Shown here: positions 8,083 to 15,839 of the stretch, one piece after another
How positions within the stretch are numbered: position 1 is the stretch's first letter
Layout: every line of letters starts with the position of its first letter
Source of the DNA: an uncultured Acetobacteraceae bacterium
GTDB taxonomy: Bacteria; Pseudomonadota; Alphaproteobacteria; Acetobacterales; Acetobacteraceae
Direction: 5' to 3'
Length of the DNA: 24,166 nucleotides
Assembly (NCBI GenBank): GCA_964250835.1
Contig: CAXUIA010000001.1
Location: 10,840-35,005 of the forward strand
Position numbers and translations under genes: made by a program
Notes under the pieces: model-generated
What the model was told of the DNA's origin: nothing
Databases searched by the model: none
Seen by the model: the letters and a program-made list of their open reading frames with translations, nothing else

Positions 8083-9633
8083 CTATCTGTTACTCAGCGC
8101 AATGCGTGGCGGATAGGTGCGCACTGGAACCGTGATCAGGATCAACATCAAGACGACCGTAATGGCACCGAATATAAAGAAGGCATCTCGCACGCTCAGC
8201 ACGGTTGCTTGCAAATTTGCCGCTTCAAGAAAGCTCTCGAGGCTGCCCGGAAACCTCGGCGTGCCGTTGGGAAGCAAAGGCGGCGGATTGCCGACAATGA
8301 TATCGGGACCCTGGATTACGGCGTAGCGGCCCTGACCGGACTGGTCAGCAATCCTGCTCGTGTGCAGGGCGCCGCGCCACCGCATGATGAGTTGCAGCAG
8401 CCATGCGCCGACAGGCTCGGCAAGCGCGCGACAGGAGTTGACCAGAGCCGATGCGAGTGGACCCTCCTCCGGCTTCTTGATCGAATTTGTCGCCATCATC
8501 AACAAGGGCAGCACGATCATCGGCTCTCCAATCGCCTGGAGCACCTGCCAGACCAAGAAGAAGCCACCCTGCACGACACCCGTCAGGTAAACGTTTCCGA
8601 TGCAGGCTGCGAGCACGCAGCTCATCCCAACGAAGCTGACGACACGCGAGTCGACTCGCTCGAAGTTTAGAACGATCGCAATGAGCGGTAGCATGGCAAA
8701 CTGTGCGACTGCGACCAGAAGCGTGATTGCGTAGGCCTGAATCGGGCGAAATCCCTGCACCTGCTCGAGAAACTCGACCGGGACTGTGGAGGCCGACTGA
8801 CCAATCAACAAAAAGGTGAACAGTGCAAGAAGGGCATAGGCGATGTTGCGCCGCTTAAGCAGTCTGATGCCGTAGAGCGGGCTCTTCTGACGCAGCTCAT
8901 TGACGACGAACAACGGCAACACGACGGCAGAGACTAGAGCCAGAACACAGATGATGCGCGAGTTGAACCAGTCGTAGCGGTCACCCTGCTGGAGCATGGT
9001 CACAAGCGCGCTGAAGCCGATCGTCGCTAAGAATGCTCCGGGCCAGTCAAAGTCTGGTAGGCGACGAAGCTGCGGCTCATCCTGCTTGACGCCGTACCAC
9101 ACGAGGACGGCTGCGATGGCGCAGAGCGGGAGAGCCTCCAAGAAGGCGAACTGCCAAGTCACCACGTCCATCCAGAGGGCAGCGAGCGTGGTTGAAAAAT
9201 TCGGTCCAAAGGTGGCGGTCAGCGCATAAAGAGCTAGACCGTAGAGCCGAATGGGCGGTGCCAAGACGCGCAAACCGACGATCAGCAGCAACGGAATAAT
9301 GAAGCCACCCGAAAGCCCCTGCAGGAACCGTAGCCCGTACAGGATGGTCAAGTTATTCGTAAATGGTGCCGGCACCGTGCTGACGCAGCAGAGCGCAATT
9401 GAGAACAGACCCCATCTCCGTACGGTCAAGGTGATCGCCCACCATGGAGAGAGGGTCATTCCGATCACCTGGCCGGTTTCGTAGAGACTGACCAGCCAGG
9501 TCCCCTGGTCCTGATCGACGCCAAGAGCGCCGCGTATGTCCGGAAGTGCAAGCCCGATCACGCCGTCATTAAACTCGGCGGTCAGCGCGGCAATCAAGAC
9601 ACCAAGTAGTCCGAGGAGCGGCCTTATCGTCAC
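8083..9633 (-). CDS. MFS efflux transporter, DHA2 (EmrB/QacA) family
   Basis: About 14 hydrophobic segments; ALPDIRGALG...GTWL, LRFLQGLSGG, FGPNF, FDWPG, QQGDRYDWFNS. GTG 9633 follows AGGAG; the ORF track starts at TTG 9690. Co-oriented with the adaptor and outer-membrane factor genes. Confidence 0.9.
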   Translation of the reverse strand: MTIRPLLGLLGVLIAALTAEFNDGVIGLALPDIRGALGVDQDQGTWLVSLYETGQVIGMTLSPWWAITLTVRRWGLFSIALCCVSTVPAPFTNNLTILYGLRFLQGLSGGFIIPLLLIVGLRVLAPPIRLYGLALYALTATFGPNFSTTLAALWMDVVTWQFAFLEALPLCAIAAVLVWYGVKQDEPQLRRLPDFDWPGAFLATIGFSALVTMLQQGDRYDWFNSRIICVLALVSAVVLPLFVVNELRQKSPLYGIRLLKRRNIAYALLALFTFLLIGQSASTVPVEFLEQVQGFRPIQAYAITLLVAVAQFAMLPLIAIVLNFERVDSRVVSFVGMSCVLAACIGNVYLTGVVQGGFFLVWQVLQAIGEPMIVLPLLMMATNSIKKPEEGPLASALVNSCRALAEPVGAWLLQLIMRWRGALHTSRIADQSGQGRYAVIQGPDIIVGNPPPLLPNGTPRFPGSLESFLEAANLQATVLSVRDAFFIFGAITVVLMLILITVPVRTYPPRIALSNR

Positions 9634-9949
9634 GCTCTCCTGCCCTTGAGGTGATGTAACCTGAGAAGGTCGGTGCTCGACCTCCCGCAATGTCGCGGAT
9701 CAGGCGCAAAATGGGAAGGGGCCGACGCCTTGCGTGGCTGTGCTGCCACGGCATAGCTCGATTGGTCGGAACGGTGCGGTCAGAAACGTATGGTGGCAAT
9801 GCGTTTGTAGCTCTTCCGGACGTTCGGCGACGCGGCCAGGACTACGGCGTGGAGCTCGGACGGTCAGGATTGTCGGCACCGACAGTCCCGCCGGACACCG
9901 CGACTGGACGACCTAGCTTGTCAAGCGGCTGAGAGCATGAACAAGCTTG

Positions 9950-10378
9950 TCAGGCGACCTCGGCCAGCTCCGTATCCGCATCGTTGCGTCCGCTCAGCAC
10001 GGCGTCCTCATGTCGAATGATCCGGCGTGCAAGCTTAAGACCCACATAGAAACGGTCTGTTGTCGCCGCTTCCAGGGCCCGAGCAAGGATCAGCCGCGCC
10101 GCCGCTGATGTCGTGCTCTCGCCAAACATCCGGACGAGTTCGTGCGCCGCCTCGAGAGCCGGTCCCCGTTCCTCGTCATTGCCGACATAAGCCGTCTGAA
10201 GTGCAAAGTAGATCCGGCGAGCCGGGCTGGTGGCGTCAGACGGCGCCATCAGTTGCTTGCCGAATAGAAATCTGGCCCGCGACGTCAGCTCAATACGAGT
10301 TTTGGTGCGAAATCGTATGGCGGCGCCATTGACCACCATCATCTCGCCCTGTTTGATTTCGAGCACTAGGTTTGACAT
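9950..10378 (-). CDS. flbT: Flagellar biosynthesis regulator FlbT
   Basis: L.LE.K.GE...VNGA.I, ARFL.GK.LM.P.DATSPARRIYFALQ..Y, FY.GLKLAR.II..E. GAGG RBS; located downstream of flgL. Confidence 0.9.
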   Translation of the reverse strand: MSNLVLEIKQGEMMVVNGAAIRFRTKTRIELTSRARFLFGKQLMAPSDATSPARRIYFALQTAYVGNDEERGPALEAAHELVRMFGESTTSAAARLILARALEAATTDRFYVGLKLARRIIRHEDAVLSGRNDADTELAEVA

Positions 10379-10443
10379 GCGGCCTCGTCAGACATCACGC
10401 CGGTTCTCAATGCGACCAGCTCAAAGAGTGTGACAGCCCGCGT

Positions 10444-10459
10444 TTAAGCGATCGTGAAC
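10444..10459. promoter_or_regulatory. CtrA-like box upstream of flbT
   Basis: TTAA-gcgatcg-TGAAC, an 8/9 match to TTAA-N7-TTAAC, in the 84-bp flgL-flbT gap about 66 bp before the flbT ATG. Confidence 0.5.
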
Positions 10460-10462
10460 GGA

Positions 10463-11530
10463 CTAAATATAAGCCGCGAGGGAGAGTCCCTTTAAGTCGC
10501 TGACGATCTCATACGACGCCATCAGTTGATTCTGCGTCGCGGTGAGCTGAGTTGCAATGGTGGGGATGTCGACCGACGTTAGCGACCCAAGTTGGGTCGT
10601 CAAGGCGTTCGAGACGGCAGCGTTTGTGTCGCTGGCGGCTGAGACCTGTTGCTGTGCCACTCCAAGGGTCGATGTGATTGTGCTCAAACCGTTTTGGCTG
10701 CCGGTCAGCGCCTGTTGAAGGCCGGAAAGAAAGCCGCCGAGCTGAGGATTGCCGGCCTGTCCTGGGTCAAGGCTTGACAGCGCCGACAGAACGGCAATCA
10801 GGTCGTTGACACTCGATCCGGTCGATGTTGCGCTTGCGGCGTTCATCCCGGATGTCGATGTAGCCGGCAAACCTACGGTAGCGGTCTCGCCTAAGCCCAC
10901 ATCGATCAAGGACGGTTGCGGGTTGCTTACAAGCCCTGCAGCGAACACGGAGTTGGTCGACATTGCCGAAATGACCGCGGATAAGGTTGCGGACGCACCG
11001 TTCGTCGCGAGGCCGCTCACTGAGGCGGCGATACTGGCCGACAGTGGACCGCTCGTGATCGCGCCCGGATTGGTGACCGGCTGCGTCGTCTCATCCGCGC
11101 CACCGAAGACATAGATGCCACCAAACGTGGTGTTCAGCGCGCTCGCGAGCGCGCCGAGATCTCCCTTCGCTGTTGTCGCAATTGAGCTGAGGGCGGTCGG
11201 AAGTGCTGATCCCTGTTCGGTCGATAATTGGGTGAGGTTTGTCGCCAGCGTGCTGGCAATAGCTGAAATCGATGTCATTGCGGACTGGGCGACCTGCAGA
11301 CGAGAACTCGCCATCGTCGCATTGGACGTCAACGCGTCAAGCTGTGCGAGCTGAGGCTGCAGGTTGAGGACCTCGCTAGTATTCGCCCCAAGCCCTGTGA
11401 TACTCGACGATACCAAGCCCGTTGTCACTTCTTCGGTTAGGCTTGTTTCTCGATCACTCAGCGCGTTCGCTCTGATGCCGACCTGGCCGATGAGCCCGTA
11501 ATTGGCTAGCGATCCGTTTATGACGTTCAT
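10463..11530 (-). CDS. flgL: Flagellar hook-associated protein 3 (hook-filament junction)
   Basis: Flagellin-like N/C helices, YVFGG....TQPV, and a C-terminal 'Q..L.ASY.....L..LSL..YI' typical of FlgL. ATGA overlap with flgK. Confidence 0.88.
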   Translation of the reverse strand: MNVINGSLANYGLIGQVGIRANALSDRETSLTEEVTTGLVSSSITGLGANTSEVLNLQPQLAQLDALTSNATMASSRLQVAQSAMTSISAIASTLATNLTQLSTEQGSALPTALSSIATTAKGDLGALASALNTTFGGIYVFGGADETTQPVTNPGAITSGPLSASIAASVSGLATNGASATLSAVISAMSTNSVFAAGLVSNPQPSLIDVGLGETATVGLPATSTSGMNAASATSTGSSVNDLIAVLSALSSLDPGQAGNPQLGGFLSGLQQALTGSQNGLSTITSTLGVAQQQVSAASDTNAAVSNALTTQLGSLTSVDIPTIATQLTATQNQLMASYEIVSDLKGLSLAAYI

Positions 11531-12963
11531 GCGCCGCCCACGGCGGTTAGGAGATCGGTAAATAAGGTTTGGACTGCCGCGATGACCTTGGCATTGGCCT
11601 CGTAGCTGTTCTGCAAAGACACCATTTTCGACATTTCCGTATCGATCGACACCCCCGAGACTGCGGTGATCTGTTTCGTAAGCGCGGTCTGCACGCCTGT
11701 GTCATCGGCAAGATTAGCGGACGCGTTCTGGGCGTCCGCTCCCTGCGAGGAGATCATATTTGTCGCAAAATCAGCCAGCGTGCCAGTCGTGCTGTATGGG
11801 AGGGAGGCAGCGGCAATGACGGGCGGCCAGAGCGTTCCTGTCGGGGTGTCAGGCCCAAAGGCGAACTGGACCGCACTCTGGACTGTTGTGGGGCTGGCTC
11901 CGGAAAGCAGAGCCGAGGCATTGGCGCTGACCTTTATGTTGCTCGAGAAGCCGGCTGGCGGAGCAGCGATGGAAGAGGGCACCAGACCGCTACCATCGGT
12001 GAACATGGGCAGGCCGCTCGAGCTCAGACGCTGCGCGACGGTAGCGGCGAACGAGTCGAGCTGACTAGTGTATCCCGGGATGATCTGGTCGCGCAGGGCA
12101 ATGTTCGCACCGATCGTCCCCCCGGTGAGAAGGTCAGTCACATCCTGGCAATCCAATGTTATGTTTGAGATAGATGTGCCAGCACCGTCGTAGACGCTGC
12201 CCGGCTGAAGGATGTGACTGGTATAGCTGAGCGGTCCCGAAGTCGCATCGGTTGGCAGCATCGTCCCGCTGTTCGTCATGACAAGTACGGCGCCAGTTGG
12301 CTGCTCAGAAAATTTGACGCCGACCAGGTTGGAGAGTTGCGTCATCGCGGCGGCGCGCTGGTCTTCCAGACCTGCCGTGCTCTGTCCGGCAGCCCGCGAA
12401 CTGACGATCTGGCTCGACAAGGACCCGATTGTTGAAAGATTTTGGTTGATAGAGGTAACACTACTCGCGATCGCGTCGTTGGCGGCTTGACGTCGCGTTA
12501 TGTAGGTCGTGGCGAGACCGTTTATTCCTGAAACGAGTTGCTGTGCGCTCTGCAGCACCGATTGCTGCTGCGCACTGCTTGATTGGTTGCCCTGAAGGAC
12601 CGTGAGGCTGCTCTGCAGACCGCTCAGCAACGCCGTCATTGAACCTGTCGAGCCAGTCGTGGAGTTGGTGGTTCCTTCAACCGACGTGATCGCGCTCAGA
12701 GCAGCATCAAGAACAGTTTGCGACGCGACACTTGCATTCTGTGTATAAAGGCTCGTTTGCAAGACCGGAGATGTGACCCGCGTGGCGTTTCCTAGGACGA
12801 CCCCGCTCGTTTGGCCTCCATAATCGAGTGCTGACGATGCCGCGACTTCTTCCGTGTAGCCGGAAGAATTTGCATTTGCGACATTCTGAGACACGACGCC
12901 GATTTGGCCCTGAATGGCATGTAGCCCGCCGGAAGCGATCGACAGAACACCGTCTAGGCTCAC
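11527..12963 (-). CDS. flgK: Flagellar hook-associated protein 1
   Basis: MSL...LSIA..GL......I.VVSQNVANANS.GY, LEDQR..A...LS.LVG, GG.IGA...LRD, SGVSIDTEMSKMVSLQNSYEANAKVI. GGGAGG RBS before the GTG. Confidence 0.92.
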   Translation of the reverse strand: MSLDGVLSIASGGLHAIQGQIGVVSQNVANANSSGYTEEVAASSALDYGGQTSGVVLGNATRVTSPVLQTSLYTQNASVASQTVLDAALSAITSVEGTTNSTTGSTGSMTALLSGLQSSLTVLQGNQSSSAQQQSVLQSAQQLVSGINGLATTYITRRQAANDAIASSVTSINQNLSTIGSLSSQIVSSRAAGQSTAGLEDQRAAAMTQLSNLVGVKFSEQPTGAVLVMTNSGTMLPTDATSGPLSYTSHILQPGSVYDGAGTSISNITLDCQDVTDLLTGGTIGANIALRDQIIPGYTSQLDSFAATVAQRLSSSGLPMFTDGSGLVPSSIAAPPAGFSSNIKVSANASALLSGASPTTVQSAVQFAFGPDTPTGTLWPPVIAAASLPYSTTGTLADFATNMISSQGADAQNASANLADDTGVQTALTKQITAVSGVSIDTEMSKMVSLQNSYEANAKVIAAVQTLFTDLLTAVGGA

Positions 12964-13007
12964 CGAACCCTCCCAACCGGCACAGCCGCACGTTATAGTC
13001 GTAAGAT

Positions 13008-13023
13008 GTTAAGGCTTTACTAA
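13008..13023 (-). promoter_or_regulatory. CtrA-like box upstream of flgK
   Basis: Minus strand TTAG-taaagcc-TTAAC, an 8/9 match to TTAA-N7-TTAAC, in the 61-bp flgE-flgK gap 45 bp before the flgK start. Confidence 0.55.
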
Positions 13024-13024
13024 T

Positions 13025-14308
13025 TCACTGCTTCATCTGTATCGTCGTTTGAAGCATCTGGTCGCCGGTTGTCACCATCTTGGCATTTGCGCCATAAGCT
13101 TCTTGCGCAGCAATCAGCTTTGTAAGCTCGGTCGCGATGTCAACATTCGAGCTTTCAACAGAACCCGTGATGAGTTGACCTGCGCCGTTCTGGTTTGCGT
13201 TGTTCAACCTGGCGACGCCAGAACCTGAGCTCGCGGTAAATGCCTGCCCGTTCTGCCTTTGCAAAGCGTCCGGTGCGACAAACGTGGCGAGCGGAATGTG
13301 TGCAATCGTCTGAGTCTGACCATTGTCGTAGCTGGCAACGACGTCGCCGCCACCCGTCATAGAGATTCCAGTATAATTCCCAACCTTCTCGCCATTCGCG
13401 CTGAGAGTCTGTACGTTGTAGGCGGAATTGCCTGGCGAGTAGGTGATACCGTTTGCTGTGCCGATTACACCAAGATTGAGCGTAATCGCCTGTGGTGAGC
13501 CATTGAAATTGGTGTTCATTACTAAGTCGGCGTTGCCGGCGGTTGGATTGCCGACGAGGCCCGTGCCGTCACCCGTCACGCTCGTGATCGCCCCATTCGC
13601 TCCAAAGCTGACGTTTGCCGTACCGATTGTTGGTGGCGTGCTATCTTGCGAGCTTGCAGTTAGGGTCCAACTAGCCGGGTTCGCAACTGACTGAGACCAA
13701 GCGAGACTGACTTCATGAGTAGCTCCCGATGCGTCAATAATTTGCAGTTGCGACGCCGGTGCAGTGGCGTTTGCCGCTGTTGTGTTTGGAAGCTGAGCCG
13801 CGTAGGAGATGGCGCTTGTGGCCGTTGCGGGGAGACTCGCCTTGTTGATCTGGATTGGCTGCAAGCTGCCGGTGCCGATCAGTCCTGTTGCTGGGTCGAT
13901 ATTGTATCCGTCCAGGTATTCGCCTGACCCGTTGACAAGATACCCCGAGTCGTTGAGCGCGAAATCACCCGTCTGTGTGTAATACTGGGTGGTGCTAAAG
14001 GCGGTGCTACCAGCTCCTGTCGTCTCGCTGACGTTGAAAAAGCCTTGTCCTTGAATGGCTAGAGCTAGCGGATCACTGCTTTGGGTGACCGTTCCGGCCA
14101 CGTCGTTCTGATATTGGGGCGTCGTTCCCACAGCACCAGACTGGTTCTGGGCGGCTGTGCTACTTGTAAGATAATCGGTAAAAGACGTGTTTACTCCCTT
14201 ATAACCAACAGTCTGACTATTTGCGACATTGTCACTGATATTCGTAAAAGCGGCCGATTGTGCGGTCAAGCCACTCACTGCCGTGCTGATGGCGCCAAAC
14301 AGAGACAT
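13025..14308 (-). CDS. flgE: Flagellar hook protein
   Basis: MSLFGAISTAVSGL.AQS.AF..ISDNVANSQTVGYK, LAIQGQGFF, YT.TGDF..N..GYLVN, ESSNVDIATELTKLI.AQ.AY.ANAK. AAGGAGAGG RBS before ATG 14308; the ORF-track extension to 14437 runs over the promoter. Confidence 0.95.
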   Translation of the reverse strand: MSLFGAISTAVSGLTAQSAAFTNISDNVANSQTVGYKGVNTSFTDYLTSSTAAQNQSGAVGTTPQYQNDVAGTVTQSSDPLALAIQGQGFFNVSETTGAGSTAFSTTQYYTQTGDFALNDSGYLVNGSGEYLDGYNIDPATGLIGTGSLQPIQINKASLPATATSAISYAAQLPNTTAANATAPASQLQIIDASGATHEVSLAWSQSVANPASWTLTASSQDSTPPTIGTANVSFGANGAITSVTGDGTGLVGNPTAGNADLVMNTNFNGSPQAITLNLGVIGTANGITYSPGNSAYNVQTLSANGEKVGNYTGISMTGGGDVVASYDNGQTQTIAHIPLATFVAPDALQRQNGQAFTASSGSGVARLNNANQNGAGQLITGSVESSNVDIATELTKLIAAQEAYGANAKMVTTGDQMLQTTIQMKQ

Positions 14309-14353
14309 CGGGACCTCTCCTTTCGTGGCTAGTGCTTCGGACAGTGTTACGTG

Positions 14354-14369
14354 AGCATCAATCGTGCCA
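14354..14369 (-). promoter_or_regulatory. sigma54 (-24/-12) promoter for flgE
   Basis: Minus strand TGGCACGATTGATGCT against consensus TGGCACG-N4-TTGCW, with exact GG-N10-GC spacing, 45 bp upstream of the flgE ATG. A sigma54 activator (flbD) is in the same cluster. Confidence 0.78.
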
Positions 14370-14430
14370 CATACGATAAGGTCATGTTCCCCCTCTTCAC
14401 GACCGGTCCGGCAACTCGTTGACAGCAGAA

Positions 14431-14447
14431 CCGGCATTTTTTGCCGG
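14431..14447. promoter_or_regulatory. FlbD/ftr-like enhancer dyad 1
   Basis: CCGGCA-TTTTT-TGCCGG, a perfect 6-bp-arm inverted repeat between the divergent flgE and fliK genes. Confidence 0.65.
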
Positions 14448-14473
14448 CCGCAATGTCGCGAGAGAGAAATCTG

Positions 14474-14490
14474 TCGGCAGAAACTGCCGA
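14474..14490. promoter_or_regulatory. FlbD/ftr-like enhancer dyad 2
   Basis: TCGGCAG-AAA-CTGCCGA, a perfect 7-bp-arm inverted repeat with the same CGGCA-N5-TGCCG core as dyad 1, 43 bp away. Confidence 0.68.
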
Positions 14491-14529
14491 TAGGCTAGGT
14501 CCAAGGAGCCGGACGCATCGCAGCAAACT

Positions 14530-14545
14530 TGGTCCGATCCTTGCG
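14530..14545 (+). promoter_or_regulatory. Putative sigma54 promoter for fliK-flgD
   Basis: TGGTCCGATCCTTGCG: GG-N10-GC spacing with TTGC intact but a weaker -24 element. Followed by AGGAG (14564-14568) and GTG 14579. Confidence 0.5.
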
Positions 14546-14578
14546 AGCATGAGCTCGATCGTTAGGAGATGGTAGTCT

Positions 14579-15817
14579 GTGTCGACTTGCTCGGGATCTT
14601 TAGGCACTCATAGTATGCCGGCTGACCCTAATGTAACGGTGCGTGGCAACCGTCGCAGCAACGACCACGAGTCTACGTCATCCCTGAGGGGGGCGAGAGG
14701 TGAAGTCACCGATCAAGCTACTCAGACGTCAGACAAAAGAAGAGTCATCCAAGATGCAATTGACATGCTTGGGAAGGTGGGTAGTGGCTTGTGTTTGAAG
14801 AAGGAGACTTTTGCAGATCTTCTTGATCAGAAGGTGTCTGGGCAATCTCGGCCGCTACAGACCGGAGCAAAGCCGTCGGATTCCGCTCGGTCGTGTCATC
14901 TCAAGGTTCGGCGAGCGGCCGAAAGCGTTGTGGTAGGCCAGGCCGGAGGAATGGCAGAACCTTTACTCGTCTCATCAGTCAGCTTGGGGGGGGGCGTCGC
15001 CCTCAATCTGCAGCAACTCAAAACGTCGATGACAAAGGATTGCTCAAAGGAAAGCGACAACGGCATGCCGCCCATCACCCGAGGCAAGCACTCGCCGGTA
15101 AGCGCGTTGTCTTCTCACCCGGTAGGCTCAGACATGATTGAGGAAACCTCTACGACGAGCGTTGCGCAGTCAGTCCATACACCGCCGAGAGCTTCTAGCC
15201 CTGCGGAAAGCTCTGGATCGAGCGATCGAAACGATTGCTCGTTACCGCCGCTTGCGGGAGCGTTAGGTCCATCAGCCGGAGAAAAGCGCTCGCCGGAACC
15301 AACCGACAAATTGCTATCCACGGCAGATACTACGGCCCATTCGGATGTCACCACTGTTGATCAAGCCGGCCAGATCCGACTGGTGCAATCCGGCGCGGCC
15401 ATCGATTCAAAAGAGGGTGATCTTGCGATCCGTATGTCGCTTCCAAATCTCGGCTTCGTCGAAGTCCGTGTTGGGAAGAACGACAGCCATCAGGCGACGA
15501 CTATCTCGGCCGAGCGCGCTGACACGCTGCGTACCCTGATGACAGATGACGCGCAGCTACGAACCATCCTGAATAATAGCGGTGTGGATCATAGTCGACA
15601 ATCGATACAGTACACACTCATGCCCTCGGCCTCTTCTGCAAATGACGTTCCGCCATCCTTGTCGCCCGACGAAGGATCTCGTCAGCGCGAACCTAAGCAC
15701 CCTGGCCATGAGGATGCAGACGATGAAGAAGTCTTCTCGTCTACTACTTGCGTCGTGACTGCTGGGTCAAATGTGCACGCCAAGCAGCTGCTTGGCATGA
15801 TTGATATCACAGCTTGA
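14579..15817 (+). CDS. fliK: Flagellar hook-length control protein
   Basis: Long Ser/Thr/Pro-rich low-complexity N-terminal region, then a T3S4-like domain (IRMSLPNLGFVEVRV...ISAERADTLRTLMTDDAQLRTILNNSGV). Lies directly upstream of flgD. Start uncertain (GTG 14579 or ATG 14615). Confidence 0.8.
   Translation: MSTCSGSLGTHSMPADPNVTVRGNRRSNDHESTSSLRGARGEVTDQATQTSDKRRVIQDAIDMLGKVGSGLCLKKETFADLLDQKVSGQSRPLQTGAKPSDSARSCHLKVRRAAESVVVGQAGGMAEPLLVSSVSLGGGVALNLQQLKTSMTKDCSKESDNGMPPITRGKHSPVSALSSHPVGSDMIEETSTTSVAQSVHTPPRASSPAESSGSSDRNDCSLPPLAGALGPSAGEKRSPEPTDKLLSTADTTAHSDVTTVDQAGQIRLVQSGAAIDSKEGDLAIRMSLPNLGFVEVRVGKNDSHQATTISAERADTLRTLMTDDAQLRTILNNSGVDHSRQSIQYTLMPSASSANDVPPSLSPDEGSRQREPKHPGHEDADDEEVFSSTTCVVTAGSNVHAKQLLGMIDITA
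14986..14994 (+). repeat. G9 homopolymer tract within fliK (a second G6 run at 14688-14693)
   Basis: agctt-GGGGGGGGG-cgtc read directly; currently in frame (LGGGV). Confidence 0.9.
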
Positions 15818-15839
15818 AACGGTCAAGGAGACACCAGCG

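Noticed and set aside
9690-9932. 80-aa plus-strand ORF between the MFS gene and flbT
   Set aside because: No RBS or motif, and it occupies the expected efflux promoter region.
12148-12150. Single Cys in FlgK (LDCQDV, where Gly might be expected)
   Set aside because: One substitution in a variable region; cannot be judged without an alignment.
14309-14437. N-terminal extension of FlgE in the ORF track (similar extensions for cobD, fpr, MFS, flgD, fliG)
   Set aside because: Family homology and RBS begin at downstream starts; the flgE extension overlaps the sigma54 promoter and an enhancer dyad.
14569-14613. 14-aa upstream ORF (MVVCVDLLGIFRHS) ending one base before fliK ATG 14615
   Set aside because: Its ATG directly abuts AGGAG with no spacer; that SD fits GTG 14579 of fliK better.
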